DNA of 64,000 bases from a virus (Duplodnaviria; Caudoviricetes), in IMG/VR virus record IMGVR_UViG_3300035696_003004, positions 8,988-72,987 of that record; one strand, 5' to 3'. The notes under the pieces are model-generated. The model ran no database searches. It was not told the DNA's origin and saw nothing but the letters and a program-made list of their open reading frames with translations. Every line of letters begins with the position of its first letter. Position 1 is the first letter of the stretch. This document shows positions 56,593 to 64,000 of this stretch, in pieces. The position numbers and the translations under genes are program-made.

Positions 56593-57174
56593 ATGCCAGA
56601 TGTTCAAGTAATTAATTCGCTTCCATATTTTCCTGTAACCTTTGTCCATTCGGTTCATACAGTAGATGTTCCTACGGCATGGCGCCCGAATGAAGAAATT
56701 ATCAATGATATATTAACTCGTTACTCAATCGATCATCGTTCGATGATTGATTTTGGTGTAGACTACGGTTTTTCAACATCAGCATTTGCCAATTATTTTT
56801 CTGTTGTTTTGGGCATTGATAATTATAGCGTCGAAATGTGGAATCAAGCGCGCAAAACACTAAAGGATTTTAAAAATATCAGCCTACTTCGCGTTGACTA
56901 TAAGGATTGGATCAAAACGGTTAAGGATGCTTACTTTGACTTAATTCACATTGATATTATCCATACATTTGAAGATACGTATCAATGTGGCCGTTGGGCA
57001 GTGGATCATGCAAGCATCGTTTTATTTCACGATACGATTTCAAATCCTCCGGTACATGAAGCACTAATGGCAATTTCTTCGGAAACCGGAATTCCATATT
57101 ATAACTGGCCAGTTGCCTGTGGACTAGGAATTTTGACAAAGCAGGATTTGCATGAAAATCAGTTTGGATCTTGA
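56593..57174 (+). CDS. Class I SAM-dependent methyltransferase (Methyltransf_24-like)
   Basis: IDFGVDYGFST, FDLIHIDIIHTFE, VLFHD, CGLGI. Confidence 0.8.
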   Translation: MPDVQVINSLPYFPVTFVHSVHTVDVPTAWRPNEEIINDILTRYSIDHRSMIDFGVDYGFSTSAFANYFSVVLGIDNYSVEMWNQARKTLKDFKNISLLRVDYKDWIKTVKDAYFDLIHIDIIHTFEDTYQCGRWAVDHASIVLFHDTISNPPVHEALMAISSETGIPYYNWPVACGLGILTKQDLHENQFGS

Positions 57175-57538
57175 CGGTTCCGTATGGAGTCACAAGTCAT
57201 TTTTTCGTGAATTGATGATTGCCATGCAAGCGGCGGGGCATCAAGTAGGCATTCTAACTGCGCATCGCGATATACATAGAGATGCCGACTTGTTTCTTTT
57301 AACCGCCGAAAATTTCCCTATGCCGGATTTTTTTTATTGCCGGCCGTATAAGTCACACTTAACTTATGCCGAATTTAAAGCGCAAACAATTTTGAATGAA
57401 GGAATTGACATTGCCTTCGACGATTGTAATTTCGATGGAACCGAAGTTGAGGCGACAATTCGTGCTTTACTTGGCGATCAAAAACATCGGTTGATTAAGG
57501 TTACACCGCGGTTTCCGGAGAATGTGCGATATGAGTGA
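57152..57538 (+). CDS. HAD-like phosphatase
   Basis: SLDLDGSV, ILTA, AFDD motifs. Confidence 0.7.
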   Translation: MKISLDLDGSVWSHKSFFRELMIAMQAAGHQVGILTAHRDIHRDADLFLLTAENFPMPDFFYCRPYKSHLTYAEFKAQTILNEGIDIAFDDCNFDGTEVEATIRALLGDQKHRLIKVTPRFPENVRYE

Positions 57539-58148
57539 GCATCCGAAAATCAGCTTTATCATTACCGCTTGGGGGATAAAGCGTCCTCGCTCTTTACTAA
57601 CCATTTTGTCGGCTATTGAATGCCAAACAATTCCCGAATGGGAAGCTTTAGTTGTCGATTCGGATTTCACCCAAGATCATTTTAATTACACGCTGCTTGA
57701 TGAGGAGCGAATGTTTTATTTCCCAAAGCCTTTAGGAAAACCGCATCAGCATGAAGAGATGTATAAAGCATCGGAATGGGGGGCAGGGAAGGCTTTCGGT
57801 GAATGGTTGTGCTTCCCCAATGATGATTCTTATATTGTCCCCCAATTTGCCGAAAGGATGATTCAAGCAAGTGAAATTACAAATTCTGAATTTGTCATGT
57901 GCGACATGGTGCATGGTCGTTCTGATGCAGTTGATCCTACTGGCGTTCACATTTATTTATCTGTTGAGCCGCATTATGGAGCAATTGATAAAACATCATT
58001 TATTGTACGCAAAAAATCTTTTGAAAAAATCGGCGGATTTCCAATGAAGTACGGCTGGTATGGCGCAGATGGAGCATTTGCGGAAGCAGTAGTCAGTGCG
58101 CAAATGAAGGTTAGCAGAATTAGCCAGCCATTGGTAGTCCACAATTAA
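57531..58148 (+). CDS. GT-A (GT2) glycosyltransferase
   Basis: ISFIITA, WEALVVD, GEWLCFPNDDSY, ADG.F. Confidence 0.85.
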   Translation: MSEHPKISFIITAWGIKRPRSLLTILSAIECQTIPEWEALVVDSDFTQDHFNYTLLDEERMFYFPKPLGKPHQHEEMYKASEWGAGKAFGEWLCFPNDDSYIVPQFAERMIQASEITNSEFVMCDMVHGRSDAVDPTGVHIYLSVEPHYGAIDKTSFIVRKKSFEKIGGFPMKYGWYGADGAFAEAVVSAQMKVSRISQPLVVHN

Positions 58149-58157
58149 GGAGTTTAT

Positions 58158-58853
58158 ATGCGTCTTTCAAACGAAATGAGATATGCAATTGCAACTTGGT
58201 TTCATCCAGATCTAGAAAGATGTGAAGCGACTTGGGATAAAAACGCAAAATATTTATATCCTACCAGTATTGTGGGGGAAATGGATATTTTAGTTGCTTA
58301 TCAAGCAATGTATGAGGGCTCCGATGAACCAATTCTTGCCTATATTCATGACGACGTATTGATTACCGAAAAAGATTGGGATTTACGCGTGCTAAAGGAA
58401 TTTGGAAATCCATCCGTGGGACTCGTTGGATTTGGCGGTGGCCTTGGTCATGGAAACCCGCAGTTGTACAAGATACCCTATTCGCCTGACCAGCTTTATC
58501 GAATTCACTTTATGAGCAATTTGCGAAATGCCGAAGAGCATGGACGGAGATTTACTGGCGAGCATGATGTTGCAATACTAGATGGCTTTGCCATCTTTGT
58601 TCGTAAGGAATTGCTTGATAAAGCTGGTGGATGGCCACAAAATACTCCAATTGGCTATTGTGGCTATGACTATTGGATTTGCTGCATGGCACGGCGACTT
58701 GGTTATCGTATTCGATTGGTCGGCGTTGCCTGCGATCATCTTGGTGGTAGAAGCGTAGGTCTAAATCCCAATCTAAAAGCTGATGCTAAAGCGGTGGATC
58801 GCATTATTTACGATGAATTTCGTGATGTTTTGCCAGCAATGGTGGAGGAATGA
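58158..58853 (+). CDS. GT2-like glycosyltransferase
   Basis: AYQ, YIHDDV, LDGFAI, YDYWIC...G.RI...CDHLGG. Confidence 0.8.
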   Translation: MRLSNEMRYAIATWFHPDLERCEATWDKNAKYLYPTSIVGEMDILVAYQAMYEGSDEPILAYIHDDVLITEKDWDLRVLKEFGNPSVGLVGFGGGLGHGNPQLYKIPYSPDQLYRIHFMSNLRNAEEHGRRFTGEHDVAILDGFAIFVRKELLDKAGGWPQNTPIGYCGYDYWICCMARRLGYRIRLVGVACDHLGGRSVGLNPNLKADAKAVDRIIYDEFRDVLPAMVEE

Positions 58854-59584
58854 TGAATCCTATTTTGATACTAACGCACAACAATCTTGATCTTACCCAA
58901 AAATGTGTGGACAGCGCGGCGCGGCAAGATTGTGGTGATTTGTATTTAGCGATTATCGACAATCATTCGACTGATGGAACAAAAGAATGGCTCAGCTATT
59001 TGCTGTTCTTAAACCGTCAGTTCAATTTCAATGGTATCGAGATTATGTGCTGGATGGACAATAAGGGCGTTAGCCGTGGCTGGAATGCGGGACTGAATAA
59101 TTTGTTCTATGACCCGGATGTTGAGCACGTTCTGGTAATAAACAACGATGTTGTTCTACCGCCAATGTTCTATTCGGAAATGCTCAAGCGCAATGTGCCG
59201 TTTGTAACAGGTGCTGCAGTTGAAGAAATGGAGAGTATTGCGCAAGTGCCTATAGGTGCAAATTTAACTGTGGGTGCCAACTTTTCAGCTTTTTTGATTC
59301 GGCGCGAAGCATGGGAAAAGGTTGGGCCATTCGATGAACGGATGAAGTTTTATGCTCAGGACTGCGATTACGATATACGCGCCCACCAACTAGGCATTAC
59401 GCTATGGAATGCGCATGTTCATTTTTATCACGAACGTTCTTCGACTTTACGGCTGGCATCGCCGGAAGAAAAAGCTGCGATTTTGCAGCAGGCAAACAAA
59501 GACAGAGAAGTGTTTAGGCAAAAATGGAATTGTTTACCCGGAACAAAAGAATACAGCGAACTGCTTCAATCGGCCGTGTGTTAA
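58850..59584 (+). CDS. GT2 glycosyltransferase
   Basis: ILTHNN, IIDNHSTDGT, GWNAG, VINNDV, FDERM..YAQDCDY. Confidence 0.9.
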   Translation: MMNPILILTHNNLDLTQKCVDSAARQDCGDLYLAIIDNHSTDGTKEWLSYLLFLNRQFNFNGIEIMCWMDNKGVSRGWNAGLNNLFYDPDVEHVLVINNDVVLPPMFYSEMLKRNVPFVTGAAVEEMESIAQVPIGANLTVGANFSAFLIRREAWEKVGPFDERMKFYAQDCDYDIRAHQLGITLWNAHVHFYHERSSTLRLASPEEKAAILQQANKDREVFRQKWNCLPGTKEYSELLQSAVC

Positions 59585-59588
59585 CCGC

Positions 59589-59864
59589 TTACGATTGTTC
59601 CTCGCCCTTTTCTAGCTGCTTTTTCTCGTCGGATCCCTTGGGCAATTCTGTAGTGGGAACATCGAAAAAAGCGCTTTGCGGGATATTTTTATTGAGCTTG
59701 CGAATACCTACTTCAAGTTTGGCAGCATCGATGATGGCAGTTGCTGTTAAGCGAACTGCGGTCGCACGTTTGATTTCTGTTTCCAGCGATACAGGTTTTG
59801 CATCCTTAAGCGTTTCCATCGTTTCAAAAAGGTGGTTGTACAAATCACTAAGCTTGTTTTTCAT
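59589..59864 (-). CDS. Hypothetical phage protein (MKNKLSDL.NHLF family)
   Basis: N-terminal pattern of the small gene that often follows HNH_3 genes. Confidence 0.65.
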   Translation of the reverse strand: MKNKLSDLYNHLFETMETLKDAKPVSLETEIKRATAVRLTATAIIDAAKLEVGIRKLNKNIPQSAFFDVPTTELPKGSDEKKQLEKGEEQS

Positions 59865-60657
59865 TGAGTTCCCTCACTCGGCGTTTCAACGCGCCGTTTA
59901 GCATGATGACATCAACCAGTTCCTTTGGTAAATTGTGAATTGCATTGCGCCGCATCAAATCCGCGCGCGAAACCAATTCTAAATTATCAATCGTAATGTT
60001 GGTTTTGTTGCCGTCTTTAAAACAGACGGCATGACTTGGGGGAACGGGGCCATGATGCTTTTCCCATAGCAATATGTGCTCGCCAACCCAATTGTGTGGC
60101 GGATATCCAGTATCGTAAGCCTTACGTTCTTGATAACCATCTTTGGAATAGCGAATTGAGCCAATGGGTAGCCAATTTGGTGAACATTGACCCTTTTTAA
60201 ATTGGGTTTCGGCCATATGGCCGACAGCATAACCAGGATGACGTATGCCTTTGTTATAAGGAACATGTCCAGGCTGAAAAGTATGTTGTGACCCAAATTT
60301 TATCAATTTTTCTTTGGATAAAACGGATAGAAGTTCATGGCTTTTGTGAAGGCCAAGTCGATGGGCAATGTGTTGAAGGCATATTGGCGAACATTGAAAC
60401 TGCTTTGCAAGCAATTTGTTATCGGTATTAGCGTAAAGATGGCGTAGTTGCTCAAGTTCGGCTTGAGCCCAGATTCGATGTGCCTGATTCGAGCGCAACC
60501 CGAGTTGTGTTTGTTTTTTTTGTACTGTACGCACATGGCAACCAAGGAGATTAGCAATTGATTCGGCGCTTTCTTGCTTTTGTGTGCAAAAAATTAAAGT
60601 TTGGATGCTTTTTTCTGTCCAATTAACACGTGCGCGCTTGTTGTGTTTTCCCGTCAT
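59848..60657 (-). CDS. HNH_3-type endonuclease with N-terminal repeats
   Basis: FQPGHVPYNKG, FKKG..P.N..PIGS.R..DGY, H..W..HHGP.P..HAVCFKDGN.TN..IDNL. Confidence 0.88.
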   Translation of the reverse strand: MTGKHNKRARVNWTEKSIQTLIFCTQKQESAESIANLLGCHVRTVQKKQTQLGLRSNQAHRIWAQAELEQLRHLYANTDNKLLAKQFQCSPICLQHIAHRLGLHKSHELLSVLSKEKLIKFGSQHTFQPGHVPYNKGIRHPGYAVGHMAETQFKKGQCSPNWLPIGSIRYSKDGYQERKAYDTGYPPHNWVGEHILLWEKHHGPVPPSHAVCFKDGNKTNITIDNLELVSRADLMRRNAIHNLPKELVDVIMLNGALKRRVRELNEKQA

Positions 60658-61337
60658 CAGCGATCATTCCATATCCAAACACGATTTAGTTCCGGCTGGT
60701 TTGCCCGGCTGCGTAAAAAGGACAGTTTATATTCTTTGTGCGGGAGCGCCATAATTTTTTTATCGCCATGTACCGCTTGATTGCCGATAAAAATATACAC
60801 GCATCCTCGCTTAAGAATTTCGTCTTCCTTGACTCCATAAATGTTTCCGCCACCAAGCGGTGGTGGCAATTTGGGATCGATCCATTGCGTTACCCAAGAA
60901 GCAATAACCACTTCGGGATGATAATGGTTGATGGCATCGAGTGCATCCAGATTTTGAACAAAACCGGGATACTGAATTGTTGGCTGCTTGATCATTCGAT
61001 AATAAAACTGAATTTCTGGCCATTCCTGCATGCGATTGTCGGTGGCGGGAATGCTAAGATAGTGAGCTAGATCGCCGGTGCCAGCCCCGATCTCGATCGC
61101 GTTTCGATGGGCAATTCGTTCGCGCAGCCAAGCAATTAGTTCGCATGTCGGTAGGCCGTATCGAGCGTTAAAACAACACCATTCCCGCAAATTATCGAGT
61201 GGAATTTTGTCGTATTCTTCGGCTGGAAGTAAACGCAGAAAGCCGTTTGGATCAAGCAGATCAGGCAATTGAAGGTTGGCTGGCAAGCTATAAAATTCCA
61301 TTGCGAAATAGTCGCACACAGCAAGCCATGCGCGCAA
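60657..61337 (-). CDS. Methyltransferase-fold protein
   Basis: YGLPT.ELI.WL, AIEIGAGTG SAM motif. Confidence 0.6.
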   Translation of the reverse strand: MRAWLAVCDYFAMEFYSLPANLQLPDLLDPNGFLRLLPAEEYDKIPLDNLREWCCFNARYGLPTCELIAWLRERIAHRNAIEIGAGTGDLAHYLSIPATDNRMQEWPEIQFYYRMIKQPTIQYPGFVQNLDALDAINHYHPEVVIASWVTQWIDPKLPPPLGGGNIYGVKEDEILKRGCVYIFIGNQAVHGDKKIMALPHKEYKLSFLRSRANQPELNRVWIWNDR

Positions 61338-61495
61338 TAAAATGTTCCAAAAAGGGTAATAAAATCATTTTTAGTTGTGCTAGAATGATTTATCCCCCAT
61401 AGTGAATGGTGTCTTCCCTAGATTTGCACAACGGGCTTTTGATTCCACTTTAAAAGCTTGGGTTCATTATGGGGGATACATAACGGGAATTTGCG

Positions 61496-62170
61496 ATGAA
61501 GATCAAATCGGCATTTAAAGACTACTATGACTTCGTCGCCAATCAATATGGTGGTGGGGATCCGCGCATTGTTTATGAACGAAAACGATTAGCTCCGTTG
61601 GATGCGGAATTTGGTTCTGCTTACGGCGACAAAATAGTCGAAATGCAAGGTCTTTCGCTGGAAGATCCGGCAAATATAGGTTATTCGTTTGATATCCGTT
61701 TAATGTACCTTGTTATTGCGGGGAAGGCATACTTGATTTCCCGGCCAAATGACCATTCGCTTGACGATGTGAATTTGTACCATTTGCAAGCGCCCGACGA
61801 ACTTTTTAAAAAGAAAAAGTGGCGGTATTATTATCACAAAACTTTTGGCATCGAATTTGGAAAGGAATACCCTTTCCTTATTGTGCTTTCGCGGCTGGTT
61901 GAAGCCCCCGTTTTTGCAATACGTTCGATCAGCTGGCACACGACATGGGAGCCGGCTAAAGTTGCGATTTGCGGACAATGTCCGAATCTTGGGAAAATCG
62001 GTCTGCCGGCGATTATTTCACCGCAGCAAATGTACCAGGATCTCGCTTATTTTGTCGGAAACACGATGAAGCCGGTACCTGATACCGATCCCCCGGTGGC
62101 CGTGTCGAACCGTGAAAAGATATTGAAGGGTGGATTTGATCTGCGGTGGTCATTCAGGCATCGTGTTTAG
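61496..62170 (+). CDS. Hypothetical phage protein
   Basis: MKIKS.FKDYYD N-terminus; C-terminal GFD..WSFR. Confidence 0.7.
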   Translation: MKIKSAFKDYYDFVANQYGGGDPRIVYERKRLAPLDAEFGSAYGDKIVEMQGLSLEDPANIGYSFDIRLMYLVIAGKAYLISRPNDHSLDDVNLYHLQAPDELFKKKKWRYYYHKTFGIEFGKEYPFLIVLSRLVEAPVFAIRSISWHTTWEPAKVAICGQCPNLGKIGLPAIISPQQMYQDLAYFVGNTMKPVPDTDPPVAVSNREKILKGGFDLRWSFRHRV

Positions 62171-62213
62171 TTTTGCTTGTGCCACGCATAGAAGATCGCT
62201 TACGTGAATCAGG

Positions 62214-62726
62214 ATGGACCTCATTTCCAAAGCTGTTTTGGTGCTGAACGCCGCCCATGAAGCGGTGTTGATCGCTAACGCTCGCCGAGCCCTTAAGCTG
62301 ATTGTAAAGAAAAAGGCAGTGATTGAAGAGGGCCTTGGCTGGGAGATTTATCCCGGTATCGAAATGCCTTCTGTCGTGCGGCTTGCGGAATACAACTACG
62401 TTCCCAGGCTTCGAACGTTAGTAAGCCGGAAGAACATCTATGCGCGCGATCATTATTGTTGCCAGTATTGTGGACGACGTTGCGATCCTCTCAAATTGAC
62501 GCTTGACCACGTTGTGCCCAAAGCACAAGGAGGCCAGAGCGTATGGGAGAATTTGGTCGCCTGCTGCCAAAAGTGCAATCAGCGGAAAGACGATAAAACG
62601 CCCGAAGAAGCTGGAATGACGTTGTTGCATAAACCGCGGCATCTGACGGTTCACACGAGCCGACAATTGCTGCGAATGATCGGCCTGGAAGAAGATAAGC
62701 GATGGGCGAAATACTTGTACGCCTAG
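62214..62726 (+). CDS. HNH endonuclease (McrA/HNH_5 type)
   Basis: VLVLNA, N..ARD...CQYCG, TLDHVVP.AQGG..WENLV.CC..CN..K. Confidence 0.95.
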   Translation: MDLISKAVLVLNAAHEAVLIANARRALKLIVKKKAVIEEGLGWEIYPGIEMPSVVRLAEYNYVPRLRTLVSRKNIYARDHYCCQYCGRRCDPLKLTLDHVVPKAQGGQSVWENLVACCQKCNQRKDDKTPEEAGMTLLHKPRHLTVHTSRQLLRMIGLEEDKRWAKYLYA

Positions 62727-62848
62727 TTGACTTATTTGACAAATGTGGCTACGATGACTTTTATGAAGTGCTTGTCGCTCAGTTCGTATCTTTCTTCACT
62801 GTATGTGCGGGGGTGCGTTTGAGCGAGGGTCATTTCGAGCAGACATAT

Positions 62849-62877
62849 CCCCGGCCAACCAGCCGGGGTTTTTGTTT
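62849..62877 (+). terminator. Terminator-like hairpin 2 nt before the tRNA cluster
   Basis: CCCCGGC-caacca-GCCGGGG-TTTTTGTTT. Confidence 0.6.
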
Positions 62878-62879
62878 GC

Positions 62880-62964
62880 GCGCGCATGGCGGAGTTGGTA
62901 GACGCAACCGGCCTAAAACCGAATGGCTTCGGCCGTGGGGGTTCGAGTCCCTCTGCGCGCACCA
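62880..62964 (+). tRNA. tRNA-Leu (anticodon UAA), atypical anticodon arm
   Basis: GCGCGCA/TGCGCGC acceptor, long variable arm, TTCGAGT T-loop, encoded CCA; C33 and two stem mismatches. Confidence 0.85.
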
Positions 62965-62968
62965 AATT

Positions 62969-63054
62969 GGAGAGTGGGCAGGACGGTAATGCAACGGTCT
63001 GCTAAACCGTGCGGGTGAAAGCCCGAGCCGGTTCAACTCCGGCACTCTCCGCCA
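62969..63054 (+). tRNA. tRNA-Ser (GCU)
   Basis: GGAGAGT/ACTCTCC acceptor, ACGGT-CT GCT AA-ACCGT, G73, CCA. Confidence 0.95.
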
Positions 63055-63068
63055 GATTGAAGGACGAA

Positions 63069-63251
63069 ATGCAAAAAGGCAAGAATGACTGCGACGAATT
63101 GCCGAGTGGAAAATGGGTGCAGCGCGTACCGCGGAGTTTGCATGCAAAGCTACAAAAATTGGCCATACGCGAGGGCGTGAGTATGAATACTTTGGTAACC
63201 GCTATTCTTGCCGAGCGAGTTGGAGTAAAAAATTTAAAACGGAAGGGTTGA
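63069..63251 (+). CDS. HicB-like ribbon-helix-helix protein (no HicA adjacent)
   Basis: SGKWVQRVPRSLHAKL...A..EGVSMNTLV; stop lies inside the next tRNA. Confidence 0.7.
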   Translation: MQKGKNDCDELPSGKWVQRVPRSLHAKLQKLAIREGVSMNTLVTAILAERVGVKNLKRKG

Positions 63252-63329
63252 GCAATGGTCGCTTCTCCGCTTGGAAAGCGGACGGTCCTCTTCAAGGCCA
63301 TGCGCGTTCGAATCGCGTCCCTTCCGCCA
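63241..63329 (+). tRNA. tRNA-Ser (GGA)
   Basis: GGAAGGG/CCCTTCC acceptor, TCCGC-TT GGA AA-GCGGA, G73, CCA. Confidence 0.95.
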
Positions 63330-63330
63330 C

Positions 63331-63418
63331 GGTAGCGTTGGGCATATGGTAAGCCCACCTCGTTCGAAGCGAGACACGGTGAAAACCGTTGCGTGTTCGA
63401 CTCACGCCGCTACCGCCA
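63331..63418 (+). tRNA. tRNA-Ser (CGA)
   Basis: GGTAGCG/CGCTACC acceptor, CTCG-TT CGA AG-CGAG, G73, CCA. Confidence 0.92.
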
Positions 63419-63428
63419 GGTTGGATGC

Positions 63429-63635
63429 ATGATGGCGCATTGGATCGTTGAAACAACGAAATGTAGACTTTGCGGCAAGGTAAGCTACGAAAGCCGCGAG
63501 GATGCAAAGTATGCGGCAAAAGCAATAGTTGCGACGATGGTTCCGTATGAATGTCCTTACGGAAACGGCTGGCATTTGACGACAGTACGGAAGCGTGGGC
63601 GAGTGGTTGATGCCAGCGGTTTTGAAAACCGCTAG
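63429..63635 (+). CDS. Small Zn-finger-like protein overlapping tRNA-Ser(UGA)
   Basis: CRLCGK.SY.S..DA..A...YECP..NGWHLT. Confidence 0.55.
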   Translation: MMAHWIVETTKCRLCGKVSYESREDAKYAAKAIVATMVPYECPYGNGWHLTTVRKRGRVVDASGFENR

Positions 63636-63676
63636 GCCGAAAGGTCTCGTGAGTCCGAATCTCACCGCTTCCGCCA
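63589..63676 (+). tRNA. tRNA-Ser (UGA)
   Basis: GGAAGCG/CGCTTCC acceptor, GCGGT-TT TGA AA-ACCGC, G73, CCA; T-loop TCCGAAT. Confidence 0.93.
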
Positions 63677-63682
63677 AATTGG

Positions 63683-63774
63683 GCGCCGGTGGCAGAGTGG
63701 CGAATGCGGCAGGCTGTAGCCGTGCCCTCCTGAGTTAGCTAACACCGTGGGTTCGATTCCTACCCGGCGCACCA
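63683..63774 (+). tRNA. tRNA-Tyr (GUA), atypical anticodon arm
   Basis: GCGCCGG/CCGGCGC acceptor, GCAGG-CT GTA GC-CGTGC, 21-nt variable region, A73, CCA. Confidence 0.8.
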
Positions 63775-63796
63775 CCTTCTGTGATATATTTCGCCC

Positions 63797-64000
63797 ATGC
63801 CGGAAGGAAAAGGGAAATACGATGATCTGTGCACGGCCGCGCGCCAAACTGCGGAAGCAGATGCGGCGCTCTTGGTTATTTTTGACGGCAATAAGGGAAG
63901 TGGGTTTTCCGCTCAGATTCCTTCTGAGCTTCTTTTTGGTATTCCTGCTATCCTGCGCGCTATAGCTGATGATCTTGAAAAATCACTTCCAAAGTTGTGA
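63797..64000 (+). CDS. Hypothetical protein
   Basis: 67-aa ORF GKGKYDDLCT...GNKGSGFS ending at the window edge. Confidence 0.55.
   Translation: MPEGKGKYDDLCTAARQTAEADAALLVIFDGNKGSGFSAQIPSELLFGIPAILRAIADDLEKSLPKL

Noticed and set aside
62880-63676. tRNAs with anticodons TAA and TGA as nonsense suppressors explaining the in-frame stops at 9844 and 10620
   Set aside because: Anticodon UAA reads UUA (Leu) and UGA reads UCA (Ser). Suppressors would need UUA, UCA or CUA anticodons, and none is present.
1-64000. Alternative genetic code (stop-codon reassignment)
   Set aside because: TAA, TGA and TAG all terminate well-defined genes with tight coupling, long genes are intact in code 11, and only two internal stops were seen.
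1-64000. A Cas12/TnpB, Cas1 or Cas2 gene serving the arrays
   Set aside because: No ORF showed RuvC I/II/III with a Zn finger or Cas1/Cas2 motifs by eye. The large unknown ORFs (7006, 2593, 61496) lack them. An HMM search is still needed.
62880-64000. tRNA cluster as a prophage attachment site or host boundary
   Set aside because: There is no integrase, no duplicated tRNA 3' end and no host housekeeping genes; the interspersed ORFs are phage-like.

Overview
The whole window reads as part of a tailed dsDNA phage genome, probably podovirus-like: it has a large nozzle-type tail protein and three ejection-type proteins but no tape measure. No host genes, integrase or att site are evident. A small membrane/coiled-coil gene type typical of Acidobacteria hints at the host, which is weak inference. 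Layout: replication and accessory genes (RepA-like helicase end, DNA methyltransferase, HNH, Tat-exported protein with papain protease, serine resolvase, SSB; 1-12.6 kb); a minus-strand arm of small early genes plus dinJ-yafQ (12.8-19.2 kb); a repeat-rich non-coding stretch (19.2-20.6 kb); an HTH gene followed by a degenerate CRISPR-like hairpin array (21.3-21.9 kb); packaging, head, tail, lysis and ejection genes (22-52.6 kb); a Cas4-like gene abutting a clean 4-repeat CRISPR mini-array with the same repeat family (53-54.1 kb); a glycosyltransferase cluster (55.3-59.6 kb); HNH genes; and six tRNAs that are all long-variable-arm class II (62.9-63.8 kb). Three signals stand out. (i) A ~65-nt structured leader in five copies can fold into mutually exclusive terminator and antiterminator forms and sits ahead of late genes and tiny Lys/Arg-rich ORFs. 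(ii) Two related CRISPR-like arrays have no effector in the window, and one decays into ~38-nt tandem hairpins with compensatory changes. (iii) Two fibre-like proteins carry signal peptides and share a C-terminal Cys-pair motif. All calls come from reading motifs by eye; no database searches were run.
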